Shown: in pieces, positions 38,947 through 47,990 of the stretch
How positions within the stretch are numbered: the first letter of the stretch is position 1
How the letters are laid out: each line of letters opens with the position of its first letter
From: Candidatus Poribacteria bacterium
Lineage (GTDB): Bacteria; Poribacteria; WGA-4E; WGA-3G
Direction of reading: 5' to 3'
Length of the DNA stretch: 64,000 nt
NCBI GenBank assembly: GCA_965215265.1
Contig: OZ244048.1
Coordinates: forward strand, 1,600,001-1,664,000
Program-made: the position numbers and the translations under genes
Notes under the pieces: model-generated
Databases searched by the model: none
Seen by the model: the letters and a program-made list of their open reading frames with translations, nothing else
Told to the model about the DNA's origin: nothing

Positions 38947-39876
38947 CTATTTATACACGTCCCACGGCACCGGTTTCCCAATTAATGCTCCCAATTTGCG
39001 GACATCAGTTTTGTAGTAATTGACTAAGCGTTGCCGAGTCTCTTCTGAAAGGTAGACATCCTCGCTTGACTGCGTGTTTAGCCGGAGATAGACGGGCTCA
39101 ATTGTCTTTCGTATCATCCGCAACGGGTTGTGAATCATCGGTTTATTATGTGTCCACTGCCGCAGTTGAAAACGGAACCACCTATATTTCCGGTGGAGCG
39201 CCGAATTCCGCATCGTTTCTGTGCGATTAGCAACTTTAAAGACGTAATCCTTATAAAATTCCGCATCCATACCTGCAAAGCGACATACGTCTGCCAAAAC
39301 TTTGAAGGGTTGTGTGGCAATATCCTCGTAAAAGAGAATATGGATGCGCGCAGCATTAAATTTCTCAAAGTACTGCTTCAAATAGATAGCATAGCATCCC
39401 TGCTGAAGTGTTTGCAAGTGTTGTTCTTTTACGCTGTTCTCCATCTTGAACAGTTGTTCTACGTACGCATCAAAACTGAGGGTTTGTGCTAATTTCCCGA
39501 TCTGTTTAGCGAACCGGTACCACGAGATTAAGCGTGAAATCGGTTCGCGGAGACTGAAAACGAGTTTAGCGTGCGGAAGAAATGCCGCAATTCTTCCGCA
39601 AGCGCTCGTGCAATATAGATAATCCGGGGTTGATTCAAGCCGAAGTTGGTTCTCATTACCCGACGGAAATAAGAGATTGTATTTTTCAACATCCCCGCTG
39701 TATCGGTACTTTGACGGAAGTGGATAAGTAGCATCAAGAAAGAAGCGGGTTTCCTTGTAAGTTGCGGCACAAATTGCCGGATGATCGGCGAGGTAAGCGA
39801 ACAGTGATGTCGTCGCCGCCTTTGTTGTTCCCCCGATAATGAGATAGGGGTAATTGCCGACACTGGCGTTCTTCAA
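38947..39876 (-). CDS. Sulfotransferase (Sulfotransfer_1 / HS3ST-like)
   Basis: IIGGTTKAATTSL, KETRFF, ESTPDY, LREPISRLIS. Confidence 0.92.
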   Translation of the reverse strand: MKNASVGNYPYLIIGGTTKAATTSLFAYLADHPAICAATYKETRFFLDATYPLPSKYRYSGDVEKYNLLFPSGNENQLRLESTPDYLYCTSACGRIAAFLPHAKLVFSLREPISRLISWYRFAKQIGKLAQTLSFDAYVEQLFKMENSVKEQHLQTLQQGCYAIYLKQYFEKFNAARIHILFYEDIATQPFKVLADVCRFAGMDAEFYKDYVFKVANRTETMRNSALHRKYRWFRFQLRQWTHNKPMIHNPLRMIRKTIEPVYLRLNTQSSEDVYLSEETRQRLVNYYKTDVRKLGALIGKPVPWDVYK

Positions 39877-41189
39877 TCTGGTGCCCCCAATATTCTAACT
39901 CCTGTTTTGCTGAGCAAGTAGGTTAAGTTAGCAACAGCGATGAGTGCAGCTAGCGAAACAGAGAGTGCGATGCCAATAAGTCCCCACGTCGTTGCCAGTA
40001 AGGCCGCTATTCCGAAGTTTAAAACCGCCATCGTTACCATATTTCTAAAGACAAGGCGATAAGCCTTTTGTGCGTAGAGTCCTGCATTCAGAACCGGAAT
40101 CATACATGAAAAAACGATACCGAGCCCCAGCCAAACGAGGAGCGGTGATATCTGCTGCGCGTAGTGCTGAGCAGAAAAAAAAGATTCAACTATTTTCGGC
40201 TGGCCCAGCAGCAGCAAAAGCGCCGGAATCCCAACCCATACAGCAGCGCGCACGTTTCTATGGAGCGTTCGTGCCAGCCTCGATTTATCTGTTGCTACAT
40301 CATGCTGTGCCATCTCCGGCAAACCCGTTGTGGCGATGCTGATACCGATAACTGTTTGTATTGCAGAAAAGATGCGGAAAGCACTGTTGTAGCGTGTAAT
40401 CGCTCCGGTTCCGAGTCTACCTACCAAATACACCTCAACCAACAATCCAGAAATCACCCGCCGAATCGCGAAGCCGAGCGTCGGCAAGGAGATTGTGTTT
40501 TTTAAAGATTGCAATATATCTCTGGGGGACCACGCCAATTGGTAACGGTGCCCCGTTCGATAGATTCCAAAGTACAAAAGCCCGAAATATCCGAGAAACC
40601 CTACTGTATAAGCTATAGCTACCCACCGCGCGAGGGGACCTATATGCCAAAACAGCAAAAATGTTATTGTTGCCAATCCCGCAGGCAGTGCATTTCGCAA
40701 GGCAACGAGTCTGAAACGTTTTTGGCTATTCAAAAAGGCACCAAGTATCGTACTGCCGCAACCGAAGATAATGAGGGGTGCACAAAGCCGTAGAAATATT
40801 ATCATCTCTGACCTCGCTTCTGGCAATCCTCGTAGCAATCCGGATGCTATCCACGGGGCAACCGCTTCAACGAGAAGCATCATTCCAACCCCGATACAGA
40901 GCATGAAGTTAAGCAAGCAGTTCGTCCAACGTTGATATGCAGCACGGCTTAATGTCTTTTCTTGTTCAAGAAACAGCGGAACAAGACTAAATTTAGCACC
41001 TTCTCGGATAACGGTGTCGACTAACAGCGTGACCTTTAAGGCAGTAACCAAGGCATCGGCAGTGCTACTTAGGTTGAACCGGGTCGGAATCAATTTGACA
41101 TGTACGAGAAGTCCGAAACCCATTCCGCCTAGGGTAATTATCATTACCCATGAAGTCGGTAGTTGCAAGAAGCGTTTGTAGAATGCCAT
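39873..41189 (-). CDS. MurJ/MviN-like (MOP superfamily) flippase
   Basis: Multi-TM; ADA, LVP.F, GAFLNSQKRF, ISIAT..LP, LYAQK motifs. Confidence 0.8.
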   Translation of the reverse strand: MAFYKRFLQLPTSWVMIITLGGMGFGLLVHVKLIPTRFNLSSTADALVTALKVTLLVDTVIREGAKFSLVPLFLEQEKTLSRAAYQRWTNCLLNFMLCIGVGMMLLVEAVAPWIASGLLRGLPEARSEMIIFLRLCAPLIIFGCGSTILGAFLNSQKRFRLVALRNALPAGLATITFLLFWHIGPLARWVAIAYTVGFLGYFGLLYFGIYRTGHRYQLAWSPRDILQSLKNTISLPTLGFAIRRVISGLLVEVYLVGRLGTGAITRYNSAFRIFSAIQTVIGISIATTGLPEMAQHDVATDKSRLARTLHRNVRAAVWVGIPALLLLLGQPKIVESFFSAQHYAQQISPLLVWLGLGIVFSCMIPVLNAGLYAQKAYRLVFRNMVTMAVLNFGIAALLATTWGLIGIALSVSLAALIAVANLTYLLSKTGVRILGAPD

Positions 41190-41451
41190 TTTTTGTATAT
41201 TTCAGCCCTGTAACGCTTTTTTGTATATTTCCGTACCGTCAACGCTTATGTCGTGGGTACTCGTGTGTAAATCTCGCTCGTGGTCGGCAGGAAAAGATAA
41301 TCTTTGTCTCTCCTTGCAGGAGAGACAAGAAAACCTTACCTGCCGATCAGAGGCTTCTTATGTATTGAATCTAAACCTCGGAAGGCTCTGGCGAGGTTTG
41401 TAAAGTTTTTATCACAACATAGAGCGTTGATGTGCTACAGTATATGAAAAA
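41190..41451. repeat. Family A truncated terminus plus full element with nested B (41284-41346)
   Basis: Terminus abuts the ATG at 41189; TCGGCAGG...CCTGCCGA is inserted at the CTCG/CAGAG core. Confidence 0.9.
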
Positions 41452-41498
41452 GCGGTTTTAGTAATGTACAGCATGATAGTAGCTTACCGGATAAAAAA

Positions 41499-42494
41499 CT
41501 ACTTCCACCCCTCTGGCAGATTTTTGTGAATCTCAATATCAGTAAACCCAGTGGGAGGACGTGCGCCAATTGATTTCACCCATGTCGCCATTCTGTTCAA
41601 TCCTTCTTCAATAGAGACTTCAGCGTTAATCCCAAAAACCTTGCGAAATTTATCATGCGAACAATACGCGTGTTTCACCTCTTCTCTAGCCCGAAGGTGG
41701 ATTATCGGCACCTCTTTCCCCATCACTTTCATAACCAGTTCCGCTAACTCGTTAACACTCACCGGTTTATCGGAACCGACGTTAAAAATTTGTCCCGATG
41801 CGGCTGGTATGTCTACCGAGTGTGCAATGTGCGGGGCAACATCGGCAATATGCGTGTAAGCCCGGGTCTGCTCACCATCTCCAAATATGCGTAACGGTTC
41901 ATCACGCAGAATGTTATTCATGAAGATGCCGATAACATTTCGATACTTATCACTGATATTTTGTCCTTCGCCATATACGTTATGGGGACGGAAGATTGTG
42001 TAATCAAGGTCAAAGAGTCGTTTAGAGACAGCGAGTTCTTGTTCTACCGCATATTTGGCAATTCCGTAGGGATCCTCTGGCATAGGTATTAGTTCTTCAT
42101 GCATCGGCAATTGGTTTGTCCCATACACTGCAATGGAAGAGCTGAACACAAAATGCTTGACGTTGTAATTTACCGCTGCGTTTATCAGATTGACACTGCC
42201 GATGAGGTTGTTTTGATAGTTAAATCGCTTGATAAAGTGGCTCAGGCCCTCGGCAGCATAAGCTGCAAGGTGATAGATATAACTGAATTCGTACTGTTCA
42301 CAGAGTTGATTAACCAGCGATACATCCAAGATACTGCCATCGACGAACGTCGCCTCGGGGTTCATGTTCTCATGAAAACCACCGCTCAAGTCGTCAAGCA
42401 CGACAACCTGATGATTCAGATCGCGTAGAAGTTCGTCAACGACGTGTGCACCCATAAAGCCTGCACCGCCGGTAACCAATGAGTTTTTTTTCAT
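41499..42494 (-). CDS. NAD-dependent epimerase/dehydratase
   Basis: VTGGAGFMG, HLAA, SSIAVYG, PYGIAK. Confidence 0.95.
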   Translation of the reverse strand: MKKNSLVTGGAGFMGAHVVDELLRDLNHQVVVLDDLSGGFHENMNPEATFVDGSILDVSLVNQLCEQYEFSYIYHLAAYAAEGLSHFIKRFNYQNNLIGSVNLINAAVNYNVKHFVFSSSIAVYGTNQLPMHEELIPMPEDPYGIAKYAVEQELAVSKRLFDLDYTIFRPHNVYGEGQNISDKYRNVIGIFMNNILRDEPLRIFGDGEQTRAYTHIADVAPHIAHSVDIPAASGQIFNVGSDKPVSVNELAELVMKVMGKEVPIIHLRAREEVKHAYCSHDKFRKVFGINAEVSIEEGLNRMATWVKSIGARPPTGFTDIEIHKNLPEGWK

Positions 42495-42551
42495 TTTTCG
42501 TCTCTCTCCGTACCATAAAGGTTTATATTTTGTTAATGCCTGTATAAATCC
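42495..42551 (-). repeat. Family A truncated unit filling the entire intergenic gap
   Basis: Sense strand reads GGTACGGAGAGAGACGAAAA-ATG. Confidence 0.88.
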
Positions 42552-43760
42552 TCACAAAAATTGTTGATAGACGCCCATAATTTTTTGGTAATGAATGTCT
42601 GCATTAAACTCGGTTTCCATTTTCAGACGACCGGCGACTCCCATTTCTATTGCTTCGGTTTTATTTTCGTACATCCACAACAATTTTTCACGCAACGCCT
42701 CTGTTCCACCGGAGGGAACGAGAAAGCCATCAACACCATCCATAATTAACTCAGGAATCCCGCCAATGTCAGCACCGATGACCGGTTTCCCATACGCATA
42801 CGATTCTAAAACCGACATCGGACAATTTTCATACCATTCGGAGGGCAACAGTGTGCATAAACTATTCCGAATCAATTCACGGAGTTCATCACCCTGTTTA
42901 AATCCCAGCAGTTGAATATGAGTGCAGTCGTTCTGTCTTACGATTTTCTGAACTTCGGGCATCGCCTCGCCGTCACCGACAATATAGAGCGGTACCTCCT
43001 TCAATGGGGCCGCTGCTTCTATCAACGTCAAAATTCCTTTACTCCGATGCAACCGACCGAAATAGAGTAGGTAGTCTCCACCTATAAAACTCGGTGTGAT
43101 GTCCCTTACATCAACAAAGTTATGAACGGTCGAGATTTTCGCCTGAGGAATGCCATGTGCAATCATTTTCTTTCGCAAGAAGTGCGACACGGAGATGAAA
43201 TGGTCAAATTTATCAACTGCCCCCAGCATGCGTGAGAAATAAGCTTCTGTAACGCTTAGTGCTGTACGCGCGAATGAATTCCTGTTACACCGCTTCGGAA
43301 GTGCACGCCAAAAGTGTTTGCCGGCACATGCCTCGCAAATCTCATCGTTCGACAGATGACTATAGACAGGACATGTCAATTTATACTCGTGCAATGTCTG
43401 AATCAGTGGAATACCTGCTTTTTTGAGAACCCCCAAAATTGAGGCGGTGATTTTACCATAGTAGATATGAAAATGTGCAATATTCACGTCGGTGTCATCT
43501 AATAGCCGTCGCATCGATTTAACCGCCTCGCCTGAGTATAAAAACCGGATGGGATCGCCCACCCCTGGATGCTCAAAATCAGCCCCGCGTGGAAAATAGC
43601 GAGACCACTCTGTCGGTTCGTTTGCCGGACTAGAGGCTGTAAACGGAACAACGCGGTGCCCATGCTTTTGCAACAAATCTGCCATCGTAAAAAAGTACCG
43701 GTCAGAACCGCCACGGATATGGTAGTTTTGTGAAACATTCAGAATTGTCAGCATAGGCAT
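42552..43760 (-). CDS. Glycosyltransferase family 4
   Basis: GGSDRY, TLHEYKL.CP, GRL...KG, PSEWYENCPMSVLE. Confidence 0.93.
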   Translation of the reverse strand: MPMLTILNVSQNYHIRGGSDRYFFTMADLLQKHGHRVVPFTASSPANEPTEWSRYFPRGADFEHPGVGDPIRFLYSGEAVKSMRRLLDDTDVNIAHFHIYYGKITASILGVLKKAGIPLIQTLHEYKLTCPVYSHLSNDEICEACAGKHFWRALPKRCNRNSFARTALSVTEAYFSRMLGAVDKFDHFISVSHFLRKKMIAHGIPQAKISTVHNFVDVRDITPSFIGGDYLLYFGRLHRSKGILTLIEAAAPLKEVPLYIVGDGEAMPEVQKIVRQNDCTHIQLLGFKQGDELRELIRNSLCTLLPSEWYENCPMSVLESYAYGKPVIGADIGGIPELIMDGVDGFLVPSGGTEALREKLLWMYENKTEAIEMGVAGRLKMETEFNADIHYQKIMGVYQQFL

Positions 43761-43761
43761 A

Positions 43762-43948
43762 TTCGTATATCTCCGTCCCATCAACGCTTTTTCGTCTATT
43801 GGAGCCCTATCAAGGCGTAGGTATTGCTAAATCTTGTGTACATCTCGTCGGAGCCGCTTTATGTTTAGAATCATAGCATAAGAAAGCTCTGACGAGATGT
43901 ACATCGGAGTTAACAAAACATAAACATGATAGGGCACCTGTATACGAA
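43762..43948. repeat. Family A truncated terminus plus full element (43788-43948)
   Basis: TACATCTCGTCGGAG / CTCTGACGAGATGTA inverted core; GGGCACCTGTATACGAA end. Confidence 0.92.
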
Positions 43949-43964
43949 CATTCTCTGTGTTGTA

Positions 43965-44915
43965 TCACTTTCGCGGTCCAGCATCCGCGATGCGTGCATC
44001 AGCAATTGGCTGATAATAGACTTTGCCGACCTGTTTATTAAACACCGCCGGGTCTGCAGCATCCAAAATTACTGCACCTATTTGCTCTTCAGCGACGGAA
44101 CCCCACCAATTATTGGAGGCGTACAAGTCGAATTTGACATTCAGTTTGAGTGAATGAATATTGCCGTTGAGGTTATTGTATTGGATGATGGACTGCACAT
44201 TCTCACAGAAAATTCCGATTTCGTTTCTACCAAAGGTATTTCTCTCAATTTTGGGACGCGTCTGGCGGCCGATGGTGCGAATCCCAATATTATTGTCAAA
44301 AAAATCGTTGTGCACTATCTCCGCATCGCTGCCATCTAAAGCAATCGCTGTTTGATTCAGATGGAATGTGCAATCAGACACAGTAGGGGATGTCGTTTTG
44401 ATATCCAAACCGACTGTTGCATACGCAAGATTAACGCCTCGGAGGAAGCTATCATGTCCATGGGTATGGTCAAACAAGATACCGTGCCAATCGCCGGAGC
44501 GCGGTATGGTGTTATCCGATGTCAGCACAACTTCTTCGTCTCCTGCTGCTTCCACATCACTTCCGACCTTTAGCACACCCCTTACCGTTACGAGGGCATC
44601 ATCTCCAAATTTAACAAGGGTCCCCGGAAGAATTTCAAGAGTTATGCCGGGCGGAATTTCCAACGTTCCGTGCACGATGTAAGTGTTATCCGGGCCCCAA
44701 CTCTCGTCTGATGCAAGTTGCACGTCTCGGTGGACCACGCCCGTGCTCGCTTCCGTAGGCGGAGTAATAGGAGTAGGTTCGTCACATCCGCTCAGAGTTA
44801 GGAAAACACCGAAAATTAATAGCACTCCGTTTATGCCCCGCTCAAAAGAACGCAAGGCATCAGTACTCGCGCTTCGACATAAACATATAATTCGTAAATC
44901 TCGCTGAATCTTCAT
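43965..44915 (-). CDS. Right-handed beta-helix (NosD-like) lipoprotein
   Basis: LSGC lipobox, TLEI.PGT.VKFG, GDWHGI, N..GI repeats, NWWG. Confidence 0.78.
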   Translation of the reverse strand: MKIQRDLRIICLCRSASTDALRSFERGINGVLLIFGVFLTLSGCDEPTPITPPTEASTGVVHRDVQLASDESWGPDNTYIVHGTLEIPPGITLEILPGTLVKFGDDALVTVRGVLKVGSDVEAAGDEEVVLTSDNTIPRSGDWHGILFDHTHGHDSFLRGVNLAYATVGLDIKTTSPTVSDCTFHLNQTAIALDGSDAEIVHNDFFDNNIGIRTIGRQTRPKIERNTFGRNEIGIFCENVQSIIQYNNLNGNIHSLKLNVKFDLYASNNWWGSVAEEQIGAVILDAADPAVFNKQVGKVYYQPIADARIADAGPRK

Positions 44916-44963
44916 TTACCAAGTCTGTTGTGATTGACCCCTATTTTCATCAGATTTTTTGTC

Positions 44964-45236
44964 TTTTCGTATATCTCCGTACCATCAATGCGTTATGTAT
45001 TGTTAATCACTGTGTAGCTCTCGTCGGAGGTTCCTTAGGTAATGAATCAATACATCGTTTGTATTGTTTCAGTATAGTTTACCTTCTGTCTTGAATTTTG
45101 TCAAGTTTTCACGTCTTTTGTATATCTCCGTACCATAAAGGCTTATGTTGTGTTAAATCCGCTGTAGCTCTCGCCAGAGATTACTTAGGTAATGTCTTTT
45201 AAAGTCAAAACATCGAAGGGCTCTGACGAGATTTGT
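44964..45236 (-). repeat. Two family A elements in a divergent intergenic region
   Basis: Termini at 44964 and 45116 (TTTTYGTATATCTCCGTACCAT). Confidence 0.92.
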
Positions 45237-45310
45237 TTTAAATGCAATAATATGTTAAAATAACGATAATGTATTTTTAAAGTAACAAGCTCAGACAGGA
45301 ATTCCAAAAA

Positions 45311-46801
45311 ATGTCTTCGGAATATGGCGAATCTGCAAATTTCACGCTAAAACCGCAATATCCTGGTCCCAATCTTGAGATGCTTGAGGCACAAGCAAGA
45401 GTTTGCACGGGTCCACACCAGACGCGCCCGTTAGGCACAAATCCTTCTGATTTTCCTCAACCGGAACCTCTGCTTGAAACCGTCCTAAAATCGATAGACG
45501 GAAGGTTACCGAGAGAGGACACTGTGTCAGCAGCGCAGATGGGCGCGTTTTTTACCGCTATGACACTCCGAAACTATTTTCCTGAAGCGACACAGTGGAG
45601 TCAAGCCGAACGCGACGCATTTCATCAGTATGGTTCGCTGCTGGAAGCCCAACTCCCGCCAGAAATTCGCTTCCTTATAAAACCTGAAACGGGCTACGTA
45701 CCGAAAAATCAAACAGAAGCAGTTGTTGTCACAGCTCTGGAAAAGATTTTAAGAGGTAAACATTTAAACTATGCGGAAACTCGGCAGATGTGTACTGCCA
45801 TTCTCAGTGACGATGTCAAACCGGCTCTTAAAGCCGCTGCACTTATTGGGCAGCGGATGAATCGCGAGACGTATGAGGAGGTAGGCGGCTACCTTGATGC
45901 GTTTTTCGAGCCTGAAACCGTGAGTCCTATCGCTGTAGATTCGCTCACGCATTTTGGGCAGCCTTACGATGGGGCAACACGTTATTTTCGGCCGACGCTG
46001 TTTGTAGCGGCAGTGCGTGCCGCGCTTGGAGAACCATCAGTACTACACGGTGTTGATGAAATGCCACCTAAAAACGGCGTAACCGAAGAAGCCGTTTTGA
46101 AGGCACTCGGGGCGAATACTGACCTATCAATTGAGCAAACTGCAGCATGCATCGTCGATAAAACAGTCCGCTTTGGGTACATAAGCCAACGTCAATATTC
46201 ACCGCCTGCATACGGTTTACGGGAATTGCGGGTGCATATAAAAAAACGCCCGCCTTGGGCAGCTACAGAAAAGGCACTACAATTCTTTTCTGCCACATCT
46301 AACTATATAGTTATAGGCTACTACCATATCGGTTATGAAAAGCCGCTCCTGCAATTGGCTTGGGATCGTGGATTTCAGGGGGCAGTTGCTGTCAAAGGTG
46401 AGGAAGGCACGAGCCATTATGCCCTACGTCTCGGAAAGCCTTCTACTTCTGGCAGGATGGCGATTAATTACTCGCAAGGGTTCCGACGCGTCAACGGAGA
46501 ACGCGAAGATTTTGCTTTGGATATTAATCCGGCAGACTACAGTTTTGACTATGCCCGAAGCCCACGGCCAGATACTGTCAGTGCAAATGCCTTTGCTGAA
46601 GCAGGGATAGCTGCTCTCTCCGGCCAGCGAGGGCACATCTACGACAGGATTGTCCTCAACACAGCGATGGTAGATTATCTGTTAAGGCTGTGTTCAAATC
46701 CCCACGATGCCATCCAGCGCACCCAAGCGGCAATAGATAACGGGAGTGCTTTAAAACATCTCAAGGCTTATATTGCCGCTAGCTTAGATGTATCCGGTTG
46801 A
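45311..46801 (+). CDS. Anthranilate phosphoribosyltransferase-like (YbiB/TrpD2-type) protein
   Basis: AALIGQRM.RET, GQPYDG..R, LHG...PPK.G, KGEEG, IVLN motifs. Confidence 0.7.
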   Translation: MSSEYGESANFTLKPQYPGPNLEMLEAQARVCTGPHQTRPLGTNPSDFPQPEPLLETVLKSIDGRLPREDTVSAAQMGAFFTAMTLRNYFPEATQWSQAERDAFHQYGSLLEAQLPPEIRFLIKPETGYVPKNQTEAVVVTALEKILRGKHLNYAETRQMCTAILSDDVKPALKAAALIGQRMNRETYEEVGGYLDAFFEPETVSPIAVDSLTHFGQPYDGATRYFRPTLFVAAVRAALGEPSVLHGVDEMPPKNGVTEEAVLKALGANTDLSIEQTAACIVDKTVRFGYISQRQYSPPAYGLRELRVHIKKRPPWAATEKALQFFSATSNYIVIGYYHIGYEKPLLQLAWDRGFQGAVAVKGEEGTSHYALRLGKPSTSGRMAINYSQGFRRVNGEREDFALDINPADYSFDYARSPRPDTVSANAFAEAGIAALSGQRGHIYDRIVLNTAMVDYLLRLCSNPHDAIQRTQAAIDNGSALKHLKAYIAASLDVSG

Positions 46802-47926
46802 GCCGTCCGGACGAATAGGACACGTCCGTTGCCAATGGATGTATTCATTACCTGTAATTGCTGATTCATTTATCTCAACACCCAACCCGGGACGGTCGCG
46901 CAATTCCAGATACCCATTTTTCGGAAGATACGGTTCCTCCACCCACGTGTTCCATTCAGTCTCAGTGGGCAGCAGATATTCTAGGATTTTGAAATTCGGT
47001 GTCGCAGCCGCAAAATGGACGTTCACAGCCGTTGCGAGCGGCCCCATCGGATTGTGTGGTGCAACGCTGACGTAGTGCGCTTCTGCAATCGCGGCGATTT
47101 TTCGCATCTCTAACAAACCGCCACAGACACAGATATCTGGTTGAATGATGTCTGCCCCTTGGACGGACATGAGGTCCAGAAATTCAAACCGTGTATAGAG
47201 TGATTCCCCCGTTGCGAGTGGGACTTGCATCTGTGCTCGCAACCGTCGCCACGCCTGCATATTTTCCGGGCGAAGCGGCTCTTCATAGAAATAAGGATCG
47301 TACGGTGCCAAGGCATTTGCAAGTTGAAGTGCACGTATCGGCTCAAAAATTTTAGCGTGCGGGTCAAACGCGAACTCCCAGTCTTCAGGCGTGTTCTGAC
47401 GGAGCTGTTCAAAGTAGGTTGTGGCAGCAGCACAGACACGTCCCCACCGGTCTGCATCCGGATTGAGTTGATACGGGCTCGTCTTGAAAGCAGTGAACCC
47501 CCACTCTTCGTGAAGTTTCCGTGCCTGATCTGCTGCTTCTATGCCGTCTCTACCACCTATGCCGCGGTAAACCCGGATCCGGTCACGTGCATGTCCACCC
47601 AGAAGCATGTAAACAGGCACACCTGCCGCCTTACCGCTGATGTCCCACAAAGCGTGATCCACGGCAGAGATGACTGCCAGCCCTGCACCACCAGGCGGAA
47701 AACGGAACTGTTGGTGCAGCTTCATCATGATATATTCAATCCGTCGCGGATCTTCGCCTTGAATCATCTCAAAGATATAATCAGCAATTGGCTCTACTGA
47801 GAGATCCGGGCCCGTTGAATATGCTTCCCCCCATCCATACAGCCCTTCATCCGTTTCAATTTTGATGAGCCCGCGCGGACGGTTGCCGAAACGTGCCATA
47901 AAGGTTTTGATAGCGGTAATTTTCAT
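46784..47926 (-). CDS. Mandelate racemase/enolase superfamily dehydratase (DgoD-like)
   Basis: GWGEA, ALWDISGK..GVPVY.LLGG, FDPH, YEEP, TGE, IIQPD, APHN. Confidence 0.9.
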   Translation of the reverse strand: MKITAIKTFMARFGNRPRGLIKIETDEGLYGWGEAYSTGPDLSVEPIADYIFEMIQGEDPRRIEYIMMKLHQQFRFPPGGAGLAVISAVDHALWDISGKAAGVPVYMLLGGHARDRIRVYRGIGGRDGIEAADQARKLHEEWGFTAFKTSPYQLNPDADRWGRVCAAATTYFEQLRQNTPEDWEFAFDPHAKIFEPIRALQLANALAPYDPYFYEEPLRPENMQAWRRLRAQMQVPLATGESLYTRFEFLDLMSVQGADIIQPDICVCGGLLEMRKIAAIAEAHYVSVAPHNPMGPLATAVNVHFAAATPNFKILEYLLPTETEWNTWVEEPYLPKNGYLELRDRPGLGVEINESAITGNEYIHWQRTCPIRPDGSTGYI

Positions 47927-47990
47927 AGTTTTGCTCTCAAGTTTTAGATTCGCTTGCCTGCACAAACTTTTCAAGAAGAAGTCGTCAGGA

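Noticed and set aside
30914-45236. Integron cassette array with attC sites
   Set aside because: Repeats lack RYYYAAC/GTTRRRY ends, lie at gene 5' ends and inside CDSs, and no integrase is present
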